NCBI RefSeq assembly: GCF_964355755.1
Contig: NC_092673.1
Location: forward strand, 14,542,948 to 14,606,947
DNA: 64,000 nucleotides
Direction: 5' to 3'
Source of the DNA: Antedon mediterranea
Lineage: Eukaryota; Animalia; Echinodermata
The notes under the pieces were generated by a model that was given only the letters and a program-made list of their open reading frames with translations, searched no databases and had not been told where the DNA came from. The position numbers and the translations under genes were made by a program. Below, piece after piece: positions 52,346 through 64,000 of this stretch; position 1 is the first letter of the stretch; every line of letters starts with the position of its first letter.

Positions 52346-53049
52346 TTTGCTACATTGTTGTTAAAACACACGATAACAATGGACCCTTCAAATACATTAT
52401 CCTCACGCACTGAACAACCTTAACCTCCTAACCCTATCTGAACATAGAACAAAGCTGTGCCTTAAACTTGCGCAAAAGACGATCGCTTTTCATGGTGGTT
52501 CAATAGAAATAACACAGCTCACAATATGGTTCTTCGCAATCCAAAAAAATATGTTGAGCCATTAGCCAAAGTCAGCCGTTCATAATAGTGCAATCCCATA
52601 TTTTACCAGAACTTTTAAATAAAAATTATATTAATAATATATAATGATTTAACAATAACAGCGTGCAACATCTGTTGACCCCCTTGTGTATTTTTTTCCC
52701 ATTTTAATGAATTTTTTTATATATTATTATATATAAGTGCATATCCGTACCAAAATTTTTATAATTAGTAATTTAAAGAAAATTCTTCAACCATATATTT
52801 TTGATATCTAATTGGTAAATTGTAAAAAAACAAATTGAAGTATAAATTAATGATTAACTCAATAGTGGCCCAAAATGTTATTCAATTTAATTATCTATTT
52901 TACAATATAAAAATGTAAAATCTATAAAAATGTAAAATTATTTAAATACAAAATGATATTAATAAACAATTTATAATAATTAAAAAATGAAAATTCACAT
53001 GCGTTGCGAGGCCTTCACAAAAAAATTCCCTATATAATTTGTTTCATTT

Positions 53050-54433
53050 TTTAGTCTTTTCATGGAGATGAAGAGACAGTAGAGATAGTTTCAGAATCGT
53101 GGCTTGATTCAACAAAAGCATTATGAATAAGTCAACATTTAATGCTAATTCTTTAATCACCATATATTGATTAATAATATTAATAATAATATCCAACACT
53201 TTATTAATTATTAATCAAGTTTGTGAATTTCCTTGTTTTTTCCCAAAGGATGATACATATTGCTACTGGTCGACGCAAAACCAAACCAATAAGGCTAAAA
53301 GACACCAGGCACCAGATAAAGAGCGACGGAAAAAATTTAAAACTTGTCAGGTTTGGCTTGTGGGTAAGTGAAAGTTCAGTTGTGGCATAATAATATTAGG
53401 GCTGATGCTTGGGGTGATGCACTTTTGTTTTAAATCAGACTTGATTTAAACTCTTTTTACACAGATGATTTTCAGTGTGCCAAAAAAAGCATTGGTGTTG
53501 ATGAAAGCCTTGGTAAGATATTTATTATTTATAAATACAATTCAGGTTTATTTCTTAATTATTAGGAAGTATCTTTCTTTCAGTTTTTGTATTGCGATTT
53601 TATTTTTAGAATATTTTACTTAGAAATTAGCATTGAAAAATCGACAAATTCAGTAGATGGTGATGCTGTAGAATTGGACACCGCCGAGGAGAGCCAGAAG
53701 AAGAGCAAGCAGAAGTGCCAGAAGCTGTCGGTAAGTGTCACTTTAGAAATGAGTGTAGTGTTTTGAAATGCAGTTTTTGGCAGCACATCATATCACCATA
53801 TTCAATTTTGGCTGATTTTGACAATTTATTTGTTTTTCAGTTGTGCAACCAACCTCAAAAAGATGAAGAAAACTAAACTGGAGAGTTTTAAAAACATTCC
53901 CAACAGAAATGGCAAGGCAAGATAGGGAAACTGAGGAATGTTTTCTCCGCCATTCAGAGAGAATGGCTGTCCAACAACACCAGAGAGCAACAGAAATGGC
54001 GGAGCAAAATAATAAGCAGATGATGGACCTATTTAAATTAATATTACAACCACATCATAATACCTACAACATCAACCAACACAACCGCAACCAACACAAC
54101 CGCAACCAACACAACATCGACCAACACAACATCGACCAACACAACATCGACCAACACAACATCGACCAACACAACATCGACCAACACAACAGCAACCAAC
54201 ACAACCGCAACCAACACAACCGCAACAGCAACCAAGACCACAGCAACCAACACAACATCAACAAAGACCACATCCACCAACAAATTCTTCGTCAAATTAT
54301 CAACCATATCATCTTCACAACATGTTGCCCAAGCACCATCAATCCATCCATCATCATCTAGCACAACAGAATGTTTACCACCAAGCCAGTTACAAACATC
54401 AACTGAAGAAACACCAACATATTTTTCATTATA
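53050..54433 (+). pseudogene. Spliced transposon accessory-gene remnants (EnSpm ORF2-like 5' exons; low-complexity 3' exon)
   Basis: Exon-like VFFM..ETVEIVSESW and DDTYCYW..APDK with GT/AG boundaries, downstream of the EnSpm transposase. The final exon ends ETPTYFSL*. Confidence 0.4.
54064..54290. repeat. 15-bp tandem repeat
   Basis: CCAACACAACATCGA / CCAACACAACCGCAA units. Confidence 0.9.
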
Positions 54434-55073
54434 AAGTCTGTTTATATCACACAGTATGTTTATAGAAGGGCCTAATCCAAAACTTGTCACATGAAAAATC
54501 AAAATGTCAATGTAAAATTCAGTAAAAAATATGTGTGTAACATTTAAGTACAATAACTGAAGTATATAAAAACATAATTTTTTTTTCATCGGAAAGCATA
54601 TTTTTTACGTGTCATGTGATCAAATATAAATTAGCATATTTTTTGCGTGGCTTGTTTTCTAATATTGTGAGGATTTATTGTTTAATTAAACATGTTTTTA
54701 TTTTATTTATACTATAGATGACATTAAATTTGTCACTTTTTTCGGGGCTTCCCCTAGATATACGTTCCATTGAACTTGAACGCAATCAAACTAAATACTG
54801 AGTGAATGAAATCGGCAATAAAATGTTATATCGTGTGTTTATTGGAGGAAAAAAAGTATGATCGTTTTACTCATTGGTAGCATGCTACATATGAGAGTGT
54901 CTTTTCCTGCAAATTAGAGGTGCCATTTATCATGAATTTTATTTGCGAGAGTACCATTTCTGGACATCTGGGGCATCATTTAACAAAGTTTGCTTCGCCA
55001 CAGGTCCTGTCGACGGCCCTGGAAAAGCACCTTTTTCTGCCATGTGCAAACACTTCCTTGGGTGAGGCGCTCT

Positions 55074-56398
55074 CAGGGGCGCAGCCAGTGGGGGGGTCAC
55101 GGGGGTCCTGACCCCCCCTTTTTTTTTAGAAAAAATCAATAAAAACATGAGACAACAATACAGATCAAATCATCCTGGAGATACTGTGAAAGATTACTAC
55201 CGAGCAGTATTACCAAATCAACTTCTTGATTACAAACCGAGTTAAAAACCCGTTTTTCTGCCGATAACAGGCCATGCTTTAAAATATTTGGCGTAGCACC
55301 CGAGTCTATCATGAAGTGTAATGTTGAAGAAGTCTTCAAGGAACTTGAATTTGGTACGATGATCTGCCAAGACACGAACATCTTCATTCCGAGCTTCAGT
55401 GATGGAAGCGACTGTGTAAAATTAGCGGATCCAGATGTGTTCCCGAATGTGTGTGCACTTCTTCTAATCGCGTAGGCCTATGCCCGTAACGTCTGCTTAA
55501 ACTGAGCGGAGTTTTTCGACTTTATGGAGAACGAAAACCTGTTTGGGAAATCACATGTCTTATGAGCAGCTTTCGGGATTGTGCCTCATGAACATACACT
55601 TTAACATGAACATTAATACAGAGAATGTCATTCGCGAATTCTGTCTCCAAGCCAAGAAGAATGTTCCAAACTTATGTTTAAAGATGCATCACGCGATATC
55701 AAGAGCGCCCTTATAGTAACTAACGTAAAATGTATGATAATAATTTAGAAGTTAGTTATTACAATTATGTATAAGCTATCACCTATACTATACATTCGAA
55801 CAAAATAGGTATATTTTTAAACAAAATATTGTATGTACTGGGTATGATAAGCGTCTCACATACACACGGAGCCAAGATAGCTTCTTGGACTTGCATAGTG
55901 TATGAACTCTAACATTACGGTTCTCATTTAATAATATCACTCCCTCCATGCTATCATTCTAATTTCTTTTTTCAAACTGTTGCATCTCTACGTTCATTTC
56001 ATGCAACTTTTGTATTGGTGAAAAGGGAGGAATTCAAATAATTCCTCCTCTGAGTTTACAGCCTCTCTACACAAATCAACAAACAAGCAAGAAAAAAAGT
56101 GTTTGTCTGTGGCAGCCTGGAATATAAAAATGTTCTGTAATGAAAATGAGAGTTGTTTTTTGTTTTCTTTGTTTCAGTTTATTAGTGTTAACATTGTCAT
56201 ATTTGTGTGTGCGTAAACCGATTCAAATGATCTAGATTGCCCTAGACCGCCAAAGCTTCCAGGGGGCGAAGCCCCCTGGACCCCAACCGGGGGCCCTTGG
56301 CGGCCCCCTGGCCCCCAGCCCATGGTTGCTCGCTTCGCTCGCAAAATACTCACATATTGGTTGACCCCCCCTTTAATTCTTTGCTGGCTGCGCCCCTG
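55074..56398 (+). mobile_element. Internally deleted hAT element
   Basis: TIR CAGGGGCGCAGCCAG / CTGGCTGCGCCCCTG, with GCTCT on both flanks. Internal remnant FPNV..LL..PVTSA.TERSFSTL..KT.L..M..L.GL.LMNIH (hAT C-terminal dimerisation domain). Confidence 0.9.
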
Positions 56399-56842
56399 GC
56401 TCTGTTGTCACGCTTTTACTCAAAATATGGGGAAAATGTCACCATTTAATAGGCTAGTACCGCAGTTTTTTTAATACACATTATAATAATGCGAGAGTGC
56501 CATTTCAGACCATCTAAACAATTTGGCACCCCAGGAATGACAAACCTATTCACTCCATGGCCTCAAACTCATGAAATAATAAGAAAACTGAGGGAAGAGG
56601 AAGAATCTAAGAGACAAAAGGAAAGGGAATCGCCAAGGAGAGAGGCCCGCCTTGCAACTGTGACAGATGTCGAGTCAGGGAAGAACATTAAATTCCAGTT
56701 TAAGAACGCACAGGCAACACAAAAAAATGCATTACATAAACTAGGATCATAAGCAATGACACTCATGTGTTTGTAATGTAACCCTCTGACTGACAGACTG
56801 GTCGAGGTAAATGTTTCCTAAATTTTTCCACCTTTCGTTGCA

Positions 56843-58310
56843 GGATTTATTAAATTACATAATGGCCCAGCCATCACTGGACATCATTAACAAACAAGAC
56901 TGATGTTTCTTTAGAAAAACCACTTCCATCGTCATTATTTGGCACAATTTTGAATGTTCAGTGGCTTGGGGATGGGTACGACGAGTCTGAAGGCCTGACC
57001 ACGCAAGAAATACATTGAGTCTTGTTAAAAATTGTATTATAGAAACGGTTCACAAAATGTTCCTGTAAAACATAGCAATTCATTTTGACAGAAAATAAAG
57101 CATATACACCAACAAATTCAGTAAATTTTAAATCTTTTTCAGATATATGGATATGGATGACAAACCATACCAACATTTTAGTCAACAAATAGTGATGGAT
57201 AATTGCGCAGAAACTGAACATTTAACATTAAATAGACAAGTAAGTTTATTATTACGTAATATTACGATTATAATTTAGTATGATTATGGACTTAATAGAA
57301 TTAACAAATGAAAACACTTTAGGTAAAAACTTGAATCTTACTTTTTTTTTTTAAGTGCTGCAAGAGGTCATCTGAATTGAATAGAATTGATAATTAGGTA
57401 TATAAATGCTCAGAGAGGGTTTACGAAACCTAAACTTGTTATGTGTCGACATAATGAACCATTTTCGGTTTCATTTAAACATCGATCCTAGTGGCAAATG
57501 GCTAGAACAGCCTTACAGAGTAAAATTTATTGGTTAGTTACAAGTTGTACGTGTGTTTCACTATCATAGATTTTTGTAAAGTCGCTAAATATGATTCTTC
57601 GATTTTTAAAACATAACCTACAAATGTTTAACTAATTTAAAACATTTTATCATGTTCTTTATGCACGACCAATGCATTTCTTTCTTCTTTTTTTTGTAAA
57701 TGAGATCGTGTTATTGATTTAGGTGAATCTGGAATTGATCTTACTGGTCTCAGAAGGGAGATGGCCACATTATTTTTTAATGGTCTTACCAAATCCCACT
57801 ACATCAATGATTCGACTTTAGGAAAGAGTCAAGATTTGATTGAAAGCAGAGTCCTTGGCAATGTTATTGCAAATCTGGCAATCAACCATGGTGTTTGCCC
57901 CGGGATCTTCGGTAAACCAGTAATAGCCCATCTTCTGGGTCTGCAATACCAATCAAACGACCCCAATGATGTACCGTGTATGGAGTCAAGACAGCATCTA
58001 ATTAAGGTAGTTTTTGTGCACTAACATCTTATGCAAACATGGGCCCACAACCATTGATAAAACTTAATGGCAAACGTTATTTGCTGATCTAAAACCTTGC
58101 ACATTATTACTTTCAAGCAGCTAGCCTACTATGAGCGCATTATATCACAATTTTAAAATATATATAGCTCTCCTAATAAGCTCGATACCTGTCAAATATC
58201 AAATTTTTTCAGATGTGTGCAGCTAGCACGGATGAGGAAATTATGAAACTGTCAAATAGTCTACAACTGGATGACTGGGGCATCATAGTTTATGAAAAGC
58301 AGTCCCTTAT
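56843..58310 (+). pseudogene. HECT-like (G2E3-like) spliced gene fragment
   Basis: Exons YRVKFI|GESGIDLTGLRREMATLFF..GNVIANLAINHGVCPGIF resemble the HECT N-lobe (V.F.GE.g.D.GG.rRE.f); AG/GT at 57722/58007. Confidence 0.5.
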
Positions 58311-59194
58311 GCGAAGAGGTTACCCCTTCAGGAAGTTGTCCATTGTGAGAAGTGGTCCCTTAACAGAGGTAGTCCCTTCAAAATATCAAAGGTGGTTTCT
58401 TAACAGAGGTGGTCGCTAAACAAGGGTGGTTGCTTCGGATATATGGTCGTTCTACTAGGTGGTCACTTACGAGATTGCTACGTTTTGAAAGTCGAATCAC
58501 TTACGAGAGGTGGATAGACGGACAGCTGAGTAAAGAAATGCATTTGTACATGATTTAGACATTTAGGTTTGTAAAATATATGTAGCAGGTCACTCACTCT
58601 CCTGGAATTCATGTGGTTGGCCATATTAACTAATGTAGACTATAGACCTGGGCTGTAACCACTAAGGTGTCAACTCCTAATAATTAATTGCCTTATTCTG
58701 TGGAATTGGTATCTACTTGGGTGTGACCTTAATGGATATACCAGCTCTTGGGAGGGGACAAGGAGGGTCACCTCACTGGGCTACTCCTTAAATAGTCATG
58801 TACATTCTGTAATTAACACTTGTAGATTAACACAATTTGGAAATAACTTGTACTGATAGCTACAACTTTAATCACTCTCTGTGTACCTGTATATAGTGTA
58901 AATAAAGTACCATTGAGAGAATTTAACAACAATCTGTGTCAGACCTTGATTTATAAATATAAGAGGAGTGCTCCTAATGGCTCTCCTCAATATGTTGAGG
59001 AGAGCCATTATTTTGATTAAGTATTCGAGGCACAGGCCCACCATGGTTGGGCCTGTGGCGAGCCGAATTTTGATAAATGACACCTCTAGATGGCCGGAAA
59101 TGGTCATTGTTCTCTGAACGTAGTCTACGATGTATTGCATGTTATGATAATTATCTACGCGTCGATCGTAGGGTGGTTCGTAGGGTTAGTAAAC

Positions 59195-59905
59195 ACCATT
59201 GTCATCGCCTTTACTTTAGAAGCATGGACAATGCAAACAAACAATGTATTGTTTGCTAATTAAAATCCTATCTAAAGATAGTAGACGTCAATTTTTGTAG
59301 CCACCCTAGCTAGGCCTACGCATCGGTTATCCTAATTTGGACGGAAATCCGCCGCCGACGAGACGACATCGGGTCCGTGGACCTCTCAGCTCACGCAGAG
59401 AGAGAGAGTCGAGGCTATCTATCTAGTCTAGTTTCGGCGGCCTACACTATACATTATTTAATCCTACCTTGGGTTAGCGAATTATAAAAACAACGACACC
59501 TAGGCTAGGACACCAACAAAATATATGCAAAATAAATATATATTCCATATTAATTACTATAAGATTTAACATAAAGGCGACATGTGTATAAGAAAAGGCC
59601 CGACCAGAATTTGGAGGGGAAAACATGTGAGCAGTTATTAAGATCAGAGAGAGTGTTTCATGTCATGTGACACAAAATCCAGGTACACGATCTTAATTAC
59701 TGTTTATCGTCGGCAGCCACCCTCACATACTGAGTTAAAAAAAAAACATGTGAGATGTTGCGGTAAAGCAGAGAGTATCGCGTTTCATGCCATGTGACCA
59801 AAAAAACTAGGTCTGTATAATTACGGTCTTCTGACGGCAGTCTTTTTGAGCTACCGATTGAACGTTCTGATACTATATTTAGAATGAATTGTTTACGATA
59901 TTTTT
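59195..59905 (+). repeat. Additional copy of the inner arm of the 38.9-42.7 kb element
   Basis: TGTCATCGCCTT..GCATGGACAAT..AGACGTCAATTTTTGTAGCC..TTATCCTAATTTGG..AACGACACCTAGGCTAGGA, as at 39973-40660. Confidence 0.85.
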
Positions 59906-60169
59906 CTCGCAACATCAAAGATCGTAGGCGCGCCTAGCCTATCGGGGGTAGCCATAACAAAGATCGTTTGCGCGACTATATATAGACTGTGTGTTGTATT
60001 CGGGGTTAATATTCTTATCATTATATATATTTTTATGACGCACTGTAACAGGTTGGGGAGCGCTATTTTAGGCGCTCCTTTGATCGTTTTCAAGAGCGCC
60101 AAGGAGCGTCAGCGCCATGGCGCTCCTTTTAAATCAAGGTCTGCTGTGTCATTTATATAAAGAAGTTGG

Positions 60170-61104
60170 GTTCATATCGAACTTAGGGCGAGATAAGTAC
60201 TGATCTAGTTAAATTTTACGAGAGCGGTAATTCGATTAAATTCATTAAATTGCGTTCGACGGCTCATGTTAGGGCGAGATAACTTAAGCATCACGTGCTC
60301 GCGACCCCGCCGACACAAACAGGAAGTACAGTTGAACAGGTTAGGGCACTTTATTGTGGGCTATTTCTTGTGTGTATACGCACCCATTCTACCACCTTCT
60401 TCTTCTTTTTCGAGTACTGCTTAACGATCCGTCGACACAATGCTTCCTCAGTTATTATTATTATCGGGGTTTTTACCTATATTTTTACAATGATTAATGA
60501 CGACACGACACTGAACTAGATGAAGGTACTGCTTTGCTGCTGTTTGCGTTAGTTGAGTTCCTTTCTAGCTGAATGGAATCCCAGCGAATGATGCGACAAC
60601 AACGACGGCTCAGATACCTAGGAACAGCGCGAACTTGGGGAGATTATGTTTCTTTTACATATATACTGTACAAGCCTAGATGTAACATTTTTTGTCTTCG
60701 CTTTTACTTTTTCGGACATGATGAATGCGGTACGGACGTATGGTACAGATGTATTGAAATAAGTTTTAAAATAGTAATATGACAGATCGTCGCTCTCGGT
60801 TAACATGTGGTTCAGATATAAAGCTAATTTATTGATGTTTATATGTCAAAGTTGAAATTTGCTTTAATCTGATTGGTGTATTGGTGACCTCCAATTCTGA
60901 ATGCCTCATGCTGTGTTAATTACCTTAATCGTTTTCTAGCTTTACCAGTGGATTTACTATTCCGTCGAGGCGATGGCCTTGACTGACCGTAGTCGAGGAA
61001 ATTCCTTCATCTCGCCCTAATAATTCGTTCACATCGAAGTTATGGCGACATCATCTCGTTAATCTAGTAAATTTATCTCGCCCTAAGTTCGATATGAACA
61101 GGCC
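60170..61104. mobile_element. Non-autonomous TIR element (Harbinger-like end)
   Basis: GTTCATATCGAACTTAGGGCGAGATA at 60170 is reverse-complemented ending at 61099, then AGGCC-TAG. The left outermost bases are missing. Confidence 0.75.
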
Positions 61105-64000
61105 TAGAGTGCTACATATATAATATTTTATTAGCTGGCGATATTCAATTTTCGTTCATTCTTCTTGTATTGATTGATAGGACGTCAGGAGAAGAGTGTT
61201 GCAATCCCAGTCATTTCTTCACTTGGTCACTAATGACCTACTTTTTGAATAGAATGTCATAAGCTTGCAATTTAGGGACAATCTTTGTATATTGTAGGTA
61301 TTCAAGGATTGACCTTGTCAACCATTGTGTAAATACTTTCTTTGCTCTCTGCTTTGCTATTCTATTTATCATTTAGAATTCAATTGTGATATTGTACTGT
61401 ATATTCTTAATACAAATCGAAATGGATTTAGTGTTACTTTCGAAAGTTTTGATCATTTTGTATATGGTAAGAGAACTAAATAAACGCAAGCAGAAGAAAA
61501 AAACGATTGCAAAAGAAACGCAGTGTGTGGGTGAAACCATGGATATAGCGGCGAAAATCCCATGGAGCATACCATGATTTAATAAAGGAACTGGAAGTAG
61601 AAGACATAGAAAAATATAATAATTTTATCTATAATTATATATAAATATATAAATATATAATATATTATGACTTTTAATAACACTTTATAATCTTTGTATT
61701 CCATTCAACTCCTAACTAAAGTTATTTCAGGTATCTATAATCAAAAGATATATAGTGAACTATATTATATCTCTCTGCTACAATATTCAGATGTTGATCC
61801 CTACCAAGCCAAATTCCTGCCCATCTGATTGGCTATTGGTGTAAAAAACTGGTGTCAGTTTCGTTAATAATAGGACATGCACTAAAACTTATAAGTCACT
61901 ATTTTCTCTCTTTTATACACAAGGGAGCAGTTAAAATAATAGATTTGACCCTAAAGGTGACTGGAAACAGGCACTTTCCATCAATCAATACAGTGTCCCT
62001 TTGGAAGACGGAAGAAAAACCTGGTCGTGGGACTGGAGCTTTAGTCTAAAGGGAATGCCACAAGTTCTATTATTTTTTTAATGTATAGTTTTGTGTACTG
62101 GCAGCATAATCAGCATTTATTTTTACCAGATGTCCAGCAAGGGTAATGTCCCATAACTCAGGCCACAATTGTCAGGTCAACCACAAAACAGCCACTCTCC
62201 GGAGATATTTCACCTTTTTTATAATATTCATTCCAGTCGTGTTAATGGTCATCTGTTATTTTTCAGCACCACCATTATAGGAGAAGGGGTGCGGTCACCT
62301 AGACTTGCTCAGGGTTAGTCATATCTCAAATTAAGATTAGGCTTACCATGAATATGATATGAATTATATAACACAATATGCTACGTACTTCTATAATTTA
62401 ATTCTCTTATTTTAGACAATAACTAAATTAATTAGTACATGATTCTAGTTATTGTTATTATTATTTCATTTGTACAGTTCGGGTGTTGTACATCTCATCA
62501 TGACATATTTTTACTGCTACACTGTTATTTGACTGTGTTTCAGGTAATCCATACTTGCTTGTATTACAGTAGGTATCCCAATGAAAGCGCACAGAGGGGT
62601 ATCACTTTTGAAATATTGACGAAATTCGAAAATGTAGTATGACTTTGATGTTAAATAAATCGTATTCAATCTTAATTAATACTTACAAAATTTATATTGT
62701 TTGAAAGTACTTGTTTTAATCTAGTGTGTTTATAATTAAAATTAATGAATTAGTTGCCGAGAAAATGCGATTTTAAAACGGTTCTAAAATCCCGTCGAGC
62801 CGATTTCCGCGCGTTGAAAACCTCATCGGAAAATCCCCATCAGTTTTCAAAACACGATCGCACGATTACCATTGGAGCTAGCGGATTAATTTTTGTTGTA
62901 TGTTATCAGGCTTTAAATAAGCTTTAATTTGATACAAAAATCGTCTTCTATAAATAGGTTTTTCGTAACGAAAAGTCAATTTTTGTGACAAAAATCCAAT
63001 TTTGATTCACCGTTTATGGAAAAATATTATGGATTTTGGTATTAAATTATAGCTAAATCTACATTGAAATCGATAAAACGTAGTTTACAAACGTATTGTG
63101 CATGGTAATTGTGCGAACTACATTTTAAAATGGTGCATGAGGCGTAAATCCCGTTCAAAATTTTAAAGATCCAACCATTATAATCCGGTGAATATTGTAG
63201 TGAGTAAAATATTGTACTCTAAAATACGCGCGTGTTTGTTGTGGCGTTTTCCGTTAAATACATTAATGCACCCTATCAGCGAATGGTACGTTCCATATTT
63301 TGAACACGTTGTTTAGTTTTTCCTCGCTCGAGTTCGACCGGCTCGACGCGAGATGTGTGACAGCAGCGATGTCGGAGATTGACATGTCCTTTTCCGTCGT
63401 AGAATATCTGGTTTTACACATTAATTTAACAACTTAAAATTGATGTAATGTGCGGAAGATTTATTATGCAAGTATACAATGCAAATGCGTTAGGTTAAAA
63501 TGTACCGAGGAAATTTATTAAGCTAATTTACCAACGTTACACTTGACTCTGTATACGGCGGCCGAAAGTCATTAACTGCGACCGAAATACTTTAACGGGA
63601 GCGACTACTGATCGCGAGTAAGCCGTGATTTGGCCTAAACTTTAGCTCCGTATTTCAATTAATAACGTAATAATACGAAAAGAAAACAATTTTTATAATG
63701 TTATATATACTATTCAGGTAAACAATTAATTGTTTTAATTAACATTGATTATTTTAAATGAGTTTATTTTGACCCATATTGTGCGTTTGCCTTAAAAGAG
63801 CATATCTTACTTAGCAGCCCGGCTTAGATTTGGTGTCATAATCATATGGGCCTAAAATCTTGTTTTACGTATTCAAAAGTTATATATAATAGTATTTATG
63901 ATTGAAATTATAAATATAAAGTATATTAAAATATTCTAATAATTATATTTACCGAAAATTAGTGTAAAAGAAAGGAAACAGTACACACCGTTTTTAACAT

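Noticed and set aside
62640-64000. Possible start of another element or promoter (CpG-richer segment)
   Set aside because: No ORF, TIR partner or diagnostic motif within the window.

Overview
This is AT-rich, intron-containing animal DNA (marine invertebrate-like; an inference from composition and TE content), made up almost entirely of nested transposon remnants and tandem repeats. I found no intact host gene. The main feature is a complete 6,870-bp DNA transposon at 24365-31234. It has perfect 15-bp TIRs starting CACAG (RSS-heptamer-like), a 4-bp AAGT target-site duplication and a spliced ~940-aa RAG1-core-like (Transib/Chapaev-type) DDE transposase. A complete PHD finger, flanked by coiled-coil-like helices, is inserted between the second Asp and the catalytic Glu, so a RAG1-like catalytic core carries in cis the reader domain class that RAG2 supplies in trans. 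No RAG2-like gene is present. Two decayed relatives lie at ~4-6.6 kb and ~10.7-11.1 kb, and the first seems to carry its PHD N-terminal to the core. Other content: Academ-like, Harbinger, CACTA/EnSpm, Merlin, hAT and piggyBac remnants, a deleted LTR element, a tRNA-type SINE, MITEs, two foldback structures, an orphan CHMP2A exon, HECT-like and BEN-like fragments, and several satellites. All family calls come from motif recognition by eye, not database searches.
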